Assembly (NCBI GenBank): GCA_016784165.1
Contig: JADHVD010000005.1
Location: forward strand, 3,385-67,384
Source of the DNA: Candidatus Woesearchaeota archaeon
GTDB lineage: Archaea; Nanobdellota; Nanobdellia; Woesearchaeales; BS150m-G63
Reading direction: 5' to 3'
DNA: 64,000 nucleotides
Below are positions 50,316 to 61,929 of the stretch, piece by piece. Made by a program: the position numbers and the translations under genes. The notes under the pieces were generated by a model, which worked only from the letters and a program-made list of their open reading frames with translations, was not told the DNA's origin and ran no database searches. Within the stretch, counting starts at the first letter, position 1. Every line of letters starts with the position of its first letter.

Positions 50316-50339
50316 TTATTTTAGATATCGCTCCAACTA

Positions 50340-50448
50340 ATCCACTACATAGCACAAGAGTGCATCCCAAAGTGCCTGTAATTGATATCCTGGTACCAGT
50401 AGAACTGTTAGGCTATATCCAACACCCAACAAAAGTATTAAAAGAAAT
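50340..50448 (+). pseudogene. Duplicated fragment of the methyltransferase domain of 47120-49045
   Basis: 109 bp, 98/109 identical to 48726-48834 by manual alignment. Confidence 0.9.
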
Positions 50449-50516
50449 CAAGAATTGGAATTGCTCAAACCAATTGGAGAACAATTGAATGCAAAAAAGA
50501 AAAAAGAGGTAAACTA

Positions 50517-51572
50517 ATGAAACAAATGAACAAAAGAGCCCAAGCAGCCATGGAATTTCTTATGACTTATGGATGGGCAATATTGGTTGTGATCATAACA
50601 ATAACTGCATTAGGTTATTTCGGAGTGGTTAACCCAGGAAAATTCTTACCCAAAACATGTACTTTTGTACCTGGATTAGCATGTAATGGTTTTGTGGTTG
50701 ATGAATATTTCACCACACTTGTATTACAGAACAGTTTCGGAAAAGACATCACAATCACTAAAATCAATATCACAGGAACAAAATTAACTGGACTCTACCA
50801 AGGAGAAAGAGAAGTAAAAAACGGAAAAGAAACAAGATTCAGTATAAAACATCCTCCAAAAAAGGTTAATCAAAAAGCAAAAGCAGAGGTTCATATAACT
50901 TACCAAACAAAAGACTTACTAAACCACACTATAATTGGAGATATAAGTTCTTCTGTAGATAAATTTACAGCAAGCAATGTTTTAGGAAGCAATGCAGACA
51001 ATCTATCAGCTTACTGGTATTTCGGCAAAGGCGAAGGTAATCAAACAATAGATTTAAGCGGAAACGAAAACACTGGAAGTTGTGGAATGATGGGTGGAAA
51101 CTGTCCAACTTGGACATCTAATAATAAATTTGGTAATGCATTAAACTTTAGTTTAAGTCTAATCAAAGTTCCCCATGATCAAAGTATTTATTTTGATAAT
51201 ACTAGCCAATACACTTGGGAAATCTGGTTTCTTGGAGGAGGTACTGGACCCATAATATCCAAAGGAGATCCATATTACATTCAATTAAATATTAATCAAA
51301 TTGGATTTCAATATAATGGGGAATCTTGGTATGAAGATGTTCTCTTAACACAAGATAAATGGCACCACTTAACAATAACATACAACAATGGCCATGTTGA
51401 ATTATTTGTAAATGGAGAATATGATAACGGCACAAATATAGTCACAATAAACGATGATTCATCTGATTTAGGTATTGCATCAAATTTCCAAGGAACCATA
51501 GACTCAATATTAATCTACAACAAAGCATTTACAGCAGAAGAAGTAAAAGCACGTTATGAAACAACAAAATAA
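50517..51572 (+). CDS. Pilin fused to LamG/ConA-like lectin domain (adhesin-like)
   Basis: QAAMEFLMTYGW N-terminus; AYWYF, DLSGNEN, WHHLTITY..LFVNG, FQGTID...YNKA. Confidence 0.9.
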   Translation: MKQMNKRAQAAMEFLMTYGWAILVVIITITALGYFGVVNPGKFLPKTCTFVPGLACNGFVVDEYFTTLVLQNSFGKDITITKINITGTKLTGLYQGEREVKNGKETRFSIKHPPKKVNQKAKAEVHITYQTKDLLNHTIIGDISSSVDKFTASNVLGSNADNLSAYWYFGKGEGNQTIDLSGNENTGSCGMMGGNCPTWTSNNKFGNALNFSLSLIKVPHDQSIYFDNTSQYTWEIWFLGGGTGPIISKGDPYYIQLNINQIGFQYNGESWYEDVLLTQDKWHHLTITYNNGHVELFVNGEYDNGTNIVTINDDSSDLGIASNFQGTIDSILIYNKAFTAEEVKARYETTK

Positions 51573-51626
51573 ATCTTATTGCTTTCAATAACAACTTTTT
51601 TATAATCTAATCTATTTCAAACTAAG

Positions 51627-52361
51627 ATGGATGAACAAGAAGAAATGCAAGAAAAACTGAAAAATATGTCTCCAGAGGAATTAAGAAAATTCCAAAAAGA
51701 GCAGTGCATCTTCTGCCACATTATCAGCGGAAAAGTTCAATCTAAAAAAATCTATGAAGATGAAAAATGTTTGGCTATTTTAGATATTAATCCAGCTAAT
51801 CCAGGACATATACTTCTTTTACCTAAAGAACATTACGCAATAATGCCTCAAATTCCAGACGACATTTTAGGACACATGTCTATGCTCACAAAAGCACTTT
51901 CTTCTGCTTGTCTTAAAGCATTTAAAGCTTCAGGAACAAATATATTTATCGCAAACGGCATCGTCGCAGGACAAAAAGCTCAGCACTTTATGATTCACAT
52001 TATACCAAGAATGGAAAAAGACAACTTAAATTTCACTCTCTCAGAAAATAGCACAAATGAAACTGATCGAATCCAACTAAAACAAATTCTAACAAAGAAA
52101 ATTAATGAAATATTTGGGCTAAAACCAGAAAAAGAAGAAGAACCACAAGCAAAACAAGAAACAATTCAACCATCCACTAAAGAAGAACAAAAAAAAGAGA
52201 CTAACTTAGATAAAATCTCAGAAAAAATACAATCACCTAAACCAAAAAAGAAGTCAAAAAAAAGTTTAGAGAAAAAGAAAGAAATCAAAAAAAAGAGCCC
52301 TAAAAAAACAAAAAAAACCAAAAGAGCAAATCTAGACGATATAGCTAAACTATTTACCTAA
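51627..52361 (+). CDS. HIT-family protein, catalytic His absent, charged C-terminal tail
   Basis: CIFCHI, ILDINPANPGH.LLLPKEH, AGQ...HFMIHIIPR. Confidence 0.88.
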   Translation: MDEQEEMQEKLKNMSPEELRKFQKEQCIFCHIISGKVQSKKIYEDEKCLAILDINPANPGHILLLPKEHYAIMPQIPDDILGHMSMLTKALSSACLKAFKASGTNIFIANGIVAGQKAQHFMIHIIPRMEKDNLNFTLSENSTNETDRIQLKQILTKKINEIFGLKPEKEEEPQAKQETIQPSTKEEQKKETNLDKISEKIQSPKPKKKSKKSLEKKKEIKKKSPKKTKKTKRANLDDIAKLFT

Positions 52362-52362
52362 A

Positions 52363-52881
52363 ATGGCCTGTAAAATATGTGATAAAATAAAAAAAGGAAG
52401 TAAATTAAAAATTTACGAAGATGAAAAAGTAATCGCCTTCATAGAAGAAAAACCAGCTGTATTGGGTCAAATAACATTATTACCAAAAGAACACTTCCCT
52501 ATTTTAGAACAAGTGCCTGATTTCATAGCAAACCACCTTATTGTAATAGCAAACAAACTTTCAAGCGCTTTATTTGACTCATTAAATATTCAAGGAACTA
52601 ATATTCTTATCAATAATGGGGTAACAGCAGGACAAAAACAGTCTCATTTCAGTATAAACATTATACCTAGAAATGAAAACGATAACATCAACTTAGAATG
52701 GAAACCAAAACAATTAGATGAAGAAGAAATGTCAACAATAGAGCTAAAACTAAAAGAACACACTGCGCACATCGGCGCTTTTGAAAAAGAAAAAAAACAA
52801 AAACCCATACCAGAAACAAAAAAAGAAGTTATTCAAGATGAAGAAAACTATTTAGTTAAACAACTAAGAAGAATTCCTTAA
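52363..52881 (+). CDS. HIT-family protein, degenerate triad
   Basis: CKIC, IYEDE, LLPKEH, AGQ...HFSINIIPR. Confidence 0.85.
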   Translation: MACKICDKIKKGSKLKIYEDEKVIAFIEEKPAVLGQITLLPKEHFPILEQVPDFIANHLIVIANKLSSALFDSLNIQGTNILINNGVTAGQKQSHFSINIIPRNENDNINLEWKPKQLDEEEMSTIELKLKEHTAHIGAFEKEKKQKPIPETKKEVIQDEENYLVKQLRRIP

Positions 52882-52898
52882 CTATCTACTTTTCACAA

Positions 52899-53195
52899 TC
52901 AAAACAATTCATCAAACTTTTCTTTTGCTTTGTTCTCTTTCCAATACACACTATGACTTGCTCTTTTCTCAAACAAAGAAATAGCCATATTAATCAAATC
53001 AGTTTGAAAATTCTTTAACCCTTTTTCCTTCATAATCCCTTTAGCGTCATCCACACATTCTTTCATCAGAGAAATATTTTCAACCCTACAATAACCTTCT
53101 TGTTCTTTCTCTTCTTTTTCAGTTAATTTAACTTCTTCCCAAACAGGATAGTTACTTCCTTCAATTGTCCTTGGAAAACTTTTACTAAATCCCAT
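52899..53195 (-). CDS. Hypothetical protein
   Basis: Own TATA box, coding-like composition. Confidence 0.7.
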   Translation of the reverse strand: MGFSKSFPRTIEGSNYPVWEEVKLTEKEEKEQEGYCRVENISLMKECVDDAKGIMKEKGLKNFQTDLINMAISLFEKRASHSVYWKENKAKEKFDELF

Positions 53196-53268
53196 ATAAA
53201 CCCTAGAATGAACTCAAATTTATATATGTTTCCTAGAAAAAACTGAAAAATCTACAATAAATATACTT

Positions 53269-54588
53269 CTACAACTTCTCTTCTTTATCATCCTTAGGAA
53301 TAGCAGTAGGGGAAGCCCCTCCGTGCCATGTAATTCTCGGACGAACCCTCATAGGATACATTTTCTCATTACTATCATCAAAAATAACTCCTGCACCCTT
53401 AACACGAGGTAAATTATCTAATTCACCAGTCAAACCAGTTCTCATATAACTCTGCATCAACATTCCCAAAGCATCAACATCAATTTTAGCCGTGATTCTA
53501 TGACTTAACACAATATCGCTCTGAGTCATCACATCAGTATGGATTTTTCCTGGCTGTTGTGTAGCTAATATCAAAGATATTCCTGGTTGCCTACCTTCCC
53601 TCATTATAGTAACCAAAGCATCAGTAGATGCAACAGTTCCTGTTCTAGGTAAAAACTCGTGCGCTTCATCAATAACTAACCACACCAAAGGCATCTCTTG
53701 TTTTTTAACTGCCTTTTCAGTAAAATATTCCATAGAACTCTTTAAATCGTTCATCTCTTCCTTTTTCCTAAAATTCATCCTTTCAATAAATAAATGCTGA
53801 GAAACAATTCCCACAATCAGTGCTTTAACATCCCATCCACCAGGCATAGTAGCATAACAACTAACATCTAAAATAGTTGTCTGTCCCCCTTTAGCAAGAT
53901 CCTGAAAATTAGTTCCTTTATCTGTAAAAACACCCCAACCTTTAGCCATCAAAAACATACTCTCAACAGCTTGTTTAGTTTTACTATCTGCTTTTGTATC
54001 TTTATCAATTTCAGCAATAATATCATCAATACTATATTTGCCTTTTTTCTCCTTTAACCCTAATACAATTCTCGCAATAAGCACTCCAATAGTACTATAT
54101 TTTTCTTGTTTAAATGCAAGACACCAATCATCCTGATCAATCATAGAAGCCTCTAATGAAAATGGAAAATCAGTAGGAATCCCTTTCTTTTTATATTCTT
54201 CATAATGTTTATAAGGTGTATAAATTACCACTGGCATTGACTTTGGCTCAAGTCCCCAAGGTTCTAATAAATCAGCTTCATGCCTATTAGGGTATTTCAT
54301 AGTCCAATAAATACCCATTGTATCTAACAAAATAATGCTCAAATTATTCTTTATCTCTGGCTCAAGCATTTCAAACCCTTCAGCTATTACACCCATGGTA
54401 TAAGACTTTCCTCCACCACGCTTACCACAAATAAAAACAACATGTGCTCCAGCAACATCTAAATACATTTCCCCAGACATAGAAGTGGTTTGGCCCATCT
54501 TAACAAAATGTTTACCAATCAAAATAGTCCCTTTTTTACCATATTTTTCCCTATCTCTCGCTAGTCTACCTATTATAATCTCTTGCAT
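53269..54588 (-). CDS. HerA/FtsK-superfamily ATPase (DUF87-like), no HAS barrel
   Basis: GKRGGGKS, LVIDEAHEF, REGRQPG, ATQQP. Confidence 0.88.
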   Translation of the reverse strand: MQEIIIGRLARDREKYGKKGTILIGKHFVKMGQTTSMSGEMYLDVAGAHVVFICGKRGGGKSYTMGVIAEGFEMLEPEIKNNLSIILLDTMGIYWTMKYPNRHEADLLEPWGLEPKSMPVVIYTPYKHYEEYKKKGIPTDFPFSLEASMIDQDDWCLAFKQEKYSTIGVLIARIVLGLKEKKGKYSIDDIIAEIDKDTKADSKTKQAVESMFLMAKGWGVFTDKGTNFQDLAKGGQTTILDVSCYATMPGGWDVKALIVGIVSQHLFIERMNFRKKEEMNDLKSSMEYFTEKAVKKQEMPLVWLVIDEAHEFLPRTGTVASTDALVTIMREGRQPGISLILATQQPGKIHTDVMTQSDIVLSHRITAKIDVDALGMLMQSYMRTGLTGELDNLPRVKGAGVIFDDSNEKMYPMRVRPRITWHGGASPTAIPKDDKEEKL

Positions 54589-54739
54589 AATCCAAGTAAA
54601 ACAAGTAAAAGCATATAAATGTTTATTAAAACTACTGAGTAATTAATACAAAAACCGAAATCTTTATTTACTACTAGTTTTTCTACTCTTAAGGGGATTA
54701 TAATTATTAACATTAAAGAGAGGTAGCTATTTAAACAAG

Positions 54740-56416
<1,677 letters not shown>

Positions 56417-56483
56417 GCACTATTTATTTGTTTTATAAACTTTGAAGACATTAAGTCTTCTTATTTTTCTTTTTTATTTATTG

Positions 56484-56518
56484 AAACCTTTAAGAATTTT
56501 TTAAATTCTTAAAGGTTT
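56484..56518. repeat. Perfect 16-bp inverted repeat in intergenic DNA
   Basis: AAACCTTTAAGAATTT-ttt-AAATTCTTAAAGGTTT. Confidence 0.85.
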
Positions 56519-56639
56519 TACTATAGATGTAGAGTTTCGTTTTTTTACGAAATTCCACAGTCTTTATTTTTTTAATATTAATAAACAATAATCTATTTAT
56601 GAATTTTTAAGAAAGATTTATAAAATCAAAAATCATCTT

Positions 56640-57221
56640 ATGACAAACGCTAGAAGAATATTAGTTATCTTCGTTATTGCAATTCTATTTACTGTTTTTG
56701 TTAATGTTAGTATTGAAGCAATCTATCCTTCACCAGAAAATGAAGATTATTGTATAGAAGAAAGAAAGCATCCACATATCCCTGCTCAAGCAGAAACAGA
56801 AAAATTCTCTTGTCCTGAATTAATTATTCCAGAGGAACTAGAATCCTCTTGCCAAGAACAACAAGGAGAAATTGACTATAAATATGACAATAAAGACTGT
56901 CCAATAACAGCTTATTGTGAAACTTGCCACAAGGCATTAGACAATGCACAAGAAAAATACAACCTCATTGTTTTCCTAGTTTCAGCAGTACTTGGTTTAA
57001 TTGCCTTAATAGTTGGGCTAAATCTTCCAGTAAAAAAAAATCCAATCCATGAATGGGTTGGCTCTGGTTTCCTTTTAGGTGGACTAATAACTGTTTTCAC
57101 TGGAACTGTAAGATACTTTGGGGACATGGGAAGATACATAAGACCCATTATTATATTTCTAGAACTAGTGCTTGTTATCTATCTCGCTTACAAAAAATTA
57201 GGAAAAGTGAAAAAGAAATAA
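56640..57221 (+). CDS. Four-TM membrane protein with Cys-rich extracellular loop
   Basis: TM, loop with 6 Cys, three TMs. Confidence 0.75.
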   Translation: MTNARRILVIFVIAILFTVFVNVSIEAIYPSPENEDYCIEERKHPHIPAQAETEKFSCPELIIPEELESSCQEQQGEIDYKYDNKDCPITAYCETCHKALDNAQEKYNLIVFLVSAVLGLIALIVGLNLPVKKNPIHEWVGSGFLLGGLITVFTGTVRYFGDMGRYIRPIIIFLELVLVIYLAYKKLGKVKKK

Positions 57222-57270
57222 ACAATTGCACCAAAAACATTTTATATAATTAAAACAAAATAAATAAATT

Positions 57271-57948
57271 ATGCATTTTACATTAAAAAAACTCAGCTAC
57301 ACTTTAGTTTTGATATTTGTATTATTCGAAGCAGTTGCTTTATTCTTCATAGATGTTTTTAACATAAACACCCAAACAACAACAGCACTAATTCCAAAAT
57401 TCTTTGGGGGTTTACTCACCGGATTCTTTACAGCGTTTATTGCAATAACTCTGCTCAATCTAATACTAAAAATAATAAATAGAATAAAAATAAAATCAAA
57501 AACAAACCAAAAAACAAAATTAAAATTCAAAAAAATAAATCCTTTAGCCCCTTCAATATTCAATGCATTATTTCTGGCAATACTTTTTGTGATTGAATCA
57601 TTACTCTCACCAATAAAACACACTAACTTAATTTTAGGAAACGCAATTGTGGGAACAATCACAACCCCATTATCTATTTACATAATCTTAACACTCTACA
57701 ACAAACAAGACAAACTCAAAGCACATATTTACACCACAAAAAAACAAACCATAAAAAATATCAACGCAGAAAACACAGCCATTTTCGCAGCAATATATGA
57801 AGTAATAGCACTCCCAATAATGGCCTTACTAATGACAACTAAAACACCTTACATAATCATTGGAGCTATAGCTGGACTAACTTCAATCATAACAATAACA
57901 CTCTACAACAAACTTCCAAAAAAGAGAAAAATTAAGTTTATTTTTTAG
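57271..57948 (+). CDS. Multi-TM protein with three internal repeats
   Basis: (L/F/I)K(K/N)(L/I)...IF...helix-turn-helix..LYN units repeated. Confidence 0.7.
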   Translation: MHFTLKKLSYTLVLIFVLFEAVALFFIDVFNINTQTTTALIPKFFGGLLTGFFTAFIAITLLNLILKIINRIKIKSKTNQKTKLKFKKINPLAPSIFNALFLAILFVIESLLSPIKHTNLILGNAIVGTITTPLSIYIILTLYNKQDKLKAHIYTTKKQTIKNINAENTAIFAAIYEVIALPIMALLMTTKTPYIIIGAIAGLTSIITITLYNKLPKKRKIKFIF

Positions 57949-59218
57949 ATTTCTTCATAACCAAATCATGTGCTACAAACCCAACAGCTACTAAAACAAC
58001 TAAAGCAAAGATAATCTTGAAGTTTATATTACCCAACAGAAATAAACTACTTACAACTCCAAATACAGGAAGTATTGGAAATTTTCCAATATTAAGTGGA
58101 ACCTTAAACCTCCTTTTCATATTAGGCATTTTATATCTCAAAACTATTAAAGATAAATTAATTAAAATAAAAGTCAAAAAAACAGCAGTGTTAGTTAAAT
58201 TAGCAACAAGTTCTATATCGCCTACAAAAACCATAATCATAGCAAGAATCATAACAGAAAAAACAGCAATAACAGGTGTTTTAGTATAACCACTTACATG
58301 AGCAAAAACTTTTGGTAGATCTTTTCTTTCAGCTATCCCATAAATCATTCTAGATGTAGCCACTAAAGATATCAAAATAGTATTGGTTGTAGAAAACAAT
58401 GCAATAATACCTAAGATAATAAAACCATTATTACCTAAAGCTACAGCAGCAACATCTGCCAATGGAGCACTTGAATTAGCAAGAGCTTCCCAACCAACCA
58501 TACTTACAGCAGAAATAGCAACCAACACATACAAGATTGTAGTAATAATCATTGATAAAATTAAAGCACGAGGTATTGTCTTATGGGGGTTTTTAGTCTC
58601 TTCAGATAATTTAACAATACTTTCAAAACCCAAAAATGCAAAAAATATCAATGCAGCCCCGTTAAAAACTCCCTTCATCCCATGAGGCATAACAAGATAG
58701 TCTACTTTTCCAAAATATTTCAACCCCAAAACTACAATTAATACCAATCCAAGAACTTCTGCTAAAGTGAAAAAAATATTTAACCCTGATGTCTCTTTAA
58801 TCCCCCACAAATTTACTAAAGACATCAAAAATATGATTCCCAACGCAGAAAACAAAACAGGAAATCCTGTTAAAGAATATAAATAATTCGCAAAACCCAT
58901 CCCAACCGCAGTAGCAGTTATAATACCAGTTATAATTATTAACCAACCCACCATAAAAGCAATTCTTCTCCCAAACGCCTTCTCGGCATAAATATATTCT
59001 CCAGAATCCTTTGAAAACATAGAAGAAAGTTCAGCATAACTTAAACCAGTAAACATAGCAACTATCGCTGCAATAAGAAATGAAAGCCAAACAGCTCCAC
59101 CACCATAGCCAGTAGCAATACCTAATAATGCATAAATTCCTGCTCCGACTATTATTCCAACTCCAAATAATGTGGTTTCGAATAAACCCAGCTCCCTCTT
59201 TAATTTATTTTTTGCCAT
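57938..59218 (-). CDS. APC-family amino acid permease
   Basis: IVGAGIY, YAELSS, FAFLGFE...SEE.KNP. Confidence 0.93.
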   Translation of the reverse strand: MAKNKLKRELGLFETTLFGVGIIVGAGIYALLGIATGYGGGAVWLSFLIAAIVAMFTGLSYAELSSMFSKDSGEYIYAEKAFGRRIAFMVGWLIIITGIITATAVGMGFANYLYSLTGFPVLFSALGIIFLMSLVNLWGIKETSGLNIFFTLAEVLGLVLIVVLGLKYFGKVDYLVMPHGMKGVFNGAALIFFAFLGFESIVKLSEETKNPHKTIPRALILSMIITTILYVLVAISAVSMVGWEALANSSAPLADVAAVALGNNGFIILGIIALFSTTNTILISLVATSRMIYGIAERKDLPKVFAHVSGYTKTPVIAVFSVMILAMIMVFVGDIELVANLTNTAVFLTFILINLSLIVLRYKMPNMKRRFKVPLNIGKFPILPVFGVVSSLFLLGNINFKIIFALVVLVAVGFVAHDLVMKKSKK

Positions 59219-59222
59219 TTAA

Positions 59223-59423
59223 TCATTTCACTGGAGCTTTAGTCATTGAAATTATGGAAGCTATAAACATAATTACAAATACCACTGAAAGCGCAAATCC
59301 CCAAGTAACAGAAAAATCAGCAATATAAATCGCAGAAACAAGAAGACCTACAACGCTTGCAATCATAAAACTTCCCTTTAAAGGAACATATTTAACCATT
59401 AACATCACCTCTAATTTATTCAA
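59223..59423 (-). CDS. Small two-TM membrane protein
   Basis: SFMIASVVG...WGFAL..VF.IMFIASIISM; GAGGTGA RBS. Confidence 0.7.
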   Translation of the reverse strand: MNKLEVMLMVKYVPLKGSFMIASVVGLLVSAIYIADFSVTWGFALSVVFVIMFIASIISMTKAPVK

Positions 59424-59480
59424 TTGTTTGATAGGTATTTAAACTTTTTTATAAAATACATAATAAATAATATAATCAAA

Positions 59481-59906
59481 TCAATGTAATCCAGTGCTTC
59501 CAAAACCGCCGTGAGCTCTTGAGGTGTCTTCGTGTTCATCAACTTCTTCAAATTCGGCAGTCTCTACTTTTTGTATCAACATTTGAGCTATTCTCATTCC
59601 TTTTTTAACAGAAAAATTCTCATTTCCAAGATTTATCATAACAACCTTAACTTCCCCCCTATAACCAGAATCAATAACGCCGGCCAAACAATGAAGAGAA
59701 TGTTTAACAGCCAACCCACTTCTATCCCATATCAACCCAACATGTCCTTCCGGAATTGCAAATTTAAGTCCTGTAGGCACAAGCACTTTTTCTCCTGCTT
59801 CAATTTCCATATCTATTGAAGCCCTCAAATCAAATGCAGCATCGCCTTTATGAGCATACTTCACCATCTCTAATTCTTTATCCATTCGCACTACTTTTGT
59901 TTTCAT
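59481..59906 (-). CDS. dut: Trimeric dUTPase
   Basis: AAFDL, DRSGLA, GVIDSGYRGE, RIAQM, R.HGGFGSTG. Confidence 0.96.
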   Translation of the reverse strand: MKTKVVRMDKELEMVKYAHKGDAAFDLRASIDMEIEAGEKVLVPTGLKFAIPEGHVGLIWDRSGLAVKHSLHCLAGVIDSGYRGEVKVVMINLGNENFSVKKGMRIAQMLIQKVETAEFEEVDEHEDTSRAHGGFGSTGLH

Positions 59907-59935
59907 TTTAATATTTCACCAGCATTTTTAGAACT

Positions 59936-61024
59936 CTAATTAAATTTCACAAAATTCAATTTATGAACTTGTTTTCTTGCTTTCTCTAGTTTTTTCTCAA
60001 AATCTTTCATGAATTCAGTCATCTTATCTACAGCAATCTGTTTAATTTCTCCAGAGGTCATTTTTCCAGATTTATAATCTTTGTAAATTTTATCCAGCTC
60101 TTTATCATCTTCAACTAAGTGTTGTTTCAATAACTCAAATACCATACATTTCTCAACTTCAGCACCTAATTTACGATGTTCCTCTAAAGTATCTCTTCCT
60201 CCTGTTACTGCCCTCATTATTTTTTTCTTTACAGAATTAATATCTTCAGGTATTGTAATACAAGACTCTGGATGAGATTTAGACATTTTAATTTTTCCCC
60301 TAAGAGAAGGAGTATATTTATGATAAAGGGAACTAGGCAAAAAGTACTTTTCTTTTTTCATCCTATTAACAACATCCCTTGACAATCTTATATGTGGCTC
60401 TTGATCAACTCCAACAGGAATTATTCCAGGCATTCTTTCTTTAAATTGGGGATAAAGCACATCGCCAATCTGAGTTACAGCACCCATTATTCTTCCAGGG
60501 TCTGCACTACCATAAACTGCATTAAATTCATTCAAAGTTATTTTTTGTGCAGCTTGATAAGCAAAATGGATCACATCTTTATTTTCTGACTGAAAATAGA
60601 ATATAGTTTTCTTAGGATCTAATCCTAACGCAATATAAGCAGGAATATGAAAATTCATAGCTCTTTTTCTCCCTTCTTCAAGTGAAACCCCTCGAGCAGC
60701 TTGTGCTTCTAAATCAGCAACCAAAATAATTGTTATCGCACCATGTTCTTGAAAATACTTCAAATTCTCAACAACCATTTTATTCCCTAAATGAATTTGA
60801 TTATTAGTAGGCATTATTCCACTTAAAGCGTAAAAAGGTTTTTTCTCTTTAATACATTTAGATATAATTTGTAAATCCCTTCCAGCAAAAACAACCTTTC
60901 TCCTCATCAACTTATTTGGCTCTGGAAATAGTTCTAACTTAAACTCTTCTAATCCAAAATCTTTGATTACTTTGGAATAATCCTCTACCAATTCACTCCC
61001 ATAAGGGTCAATTATCTTTACCAT
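59936..61024 (-). CDS. trpS: Tryptophanyl-tRNA synthetase
   Basis: HLGN, PVGVDQEPH, KMSKS, AVTGGR. Confidence 0.96.
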   Translation of the reverse strand: MVKIIDPYGSELVEDYSKVIKDFGLEEFKLELFPEPNKLMRRKVVFAGRDLQIISKCIKEKKPFYALSGIMPTNNQIHLGNKMVVENLKYFQEHGAITIILVADLEAQAARGVSLEEGRKRAMNFHIPAYIALGLDPKKTIFYFQSENKDVIHFAYQAAQKITLNEFNAVYGSADPGRIMGAVTQIGDVLYPQFKERMPGIIPVGVDQEPHIRLSRDVVNRMKKEKYFLPSSLYHKYTPSLRGKIKMSKSHPESCITIPEDINSVKKKIMRAVTGGRDTLEEHRKLGAEVEKCMVFELLKQHLVEDDKELDKIYKDYKSGKMTSGEIKQIAVDKMTEFMKDFEKKLEKARKQVHKLNFVKFN

Positions 61025-61194
61025 AACATCACAACACTCAAACGAGTTTTATAAAACTTTCTTTTTAAGGTTATATTGAAAAAGATAAAAGATTCTTGGA
61101 TTTAACTATAAGACAGGTAAAAGATATTAGCTAATTTCTTTTTACATTCAAAATCACAGATTATATAAATAATAAAAACCTTCAAAATACTATA

Positions 61195-61506
61195 ATGGCA
61201 AAATTCAAACAAAAATGCATAAGATGTAGAAAGAATTACGTATTAATCAGTTGGAAACAAAAATTTCCAGTATGTTATGACTGTCAAAAAAAGGAACTTG
61301 AAGGTGAGATAAAAGATCCTAAAATGAAAAAGTTCTTTAAAATTCCAGAAGAATTATACAAACAAAATCTATTTCTCAGATCTATAAAAATCAACTATCT
61401 TCGTTATGGAAAACTCAGTGAAAAACAAATTGAAGCTTTCAAAAAAGCAGTAAAAGATATTAAGGAAAGAAATAAAAAAGAAAAGGAAAATTTAAAGGAG
61501 GAATAA
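61195..61506 (+). CDS. Hypothetical zinc-finger protein
   Basis: CIRC...CYDC; LSEKQIEAF. Confidence 0.75.
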   Translation: MAKFKQKCIRCRKNYVLISWKQKFPVCYDCQKKELEGEIKDPKMKKFFKIPEELYKQNLFLRSIKINYLRYGKLSEKQIEAFKKAVKDIKERNKKEKENLKEE

Positions 61507-61507
61507 A

Positions 61508-61708
61508 ATGTGTATGAAAAAATTAATAAAAAGATTTAGAAAATTGCCAACACCACTTTTGATTATGTTAGTAAATGGAAAAGCAATTATTTCTTTAGGA
61601 ATTGGAGTGTTATTAGCAACTTACCTAATTAATTGGGTTTGGGGAATAATAATCTTAGGAGTAATTTTAATGATTCCTGGTGGAAATAAAGTTTTAACAG
61701 GAAAATAA
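61508..61708 (+). CDS. Small membrane protein
   Basis: Two hydrophobic helices; AGGAGG RBS. Confidence 0.6.
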   Translation: MCMKKLIKRFRKLPTPLLIMLVNGKAIISLGIGVLLATYLINWVWGIIILGVILMIPGGNKVLTGK

Positions 61709-61724
61709 ATTTTTTATTTTCCTT

Positions 61725-61919
61725 TTATTTTTCTTCAACTATTTTAATACAATCAACAGGACAGCTGTCTACAGCATCTTGATTACAACCAATTTCATCA
61801 AATTCTGTTTCTATCTCTTTTGCTTTATCGCCTTCCATAACCCAATTATCACAGACAGCAGCGCAAGCACCGCACCCTATACATTCTTCAATATCATGAA
61901 CTATTTTATATTTAGCCAT
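61725..61919 (-). CDS. fdx: Single-cluster ferredoxin (ORF track start 61946)
   Basis: CIGCGACAAVC...CPVDCI; GAGGT RBS. Confidence 0.92.
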   Translation of the reverse strand: MAKYKIVHDIEECIGCGACAAVCDNWVMEGDKAKEIETEFDEIGCNQDAVDSCPVDCIKIVEEK

Positions 61920-61929
61920 ATTGATTACC

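Noticed and set aside
48726..50448. Repeat pair as DGR TR/VR
   Set aside because: Differences include G/A and T/C changes at non-adenine positions; better explained by duplication
50297..50488. 63-aa ORF as a real gene
   Set aside because: It is the translated remnant of the duplicated methyltransferase fragment
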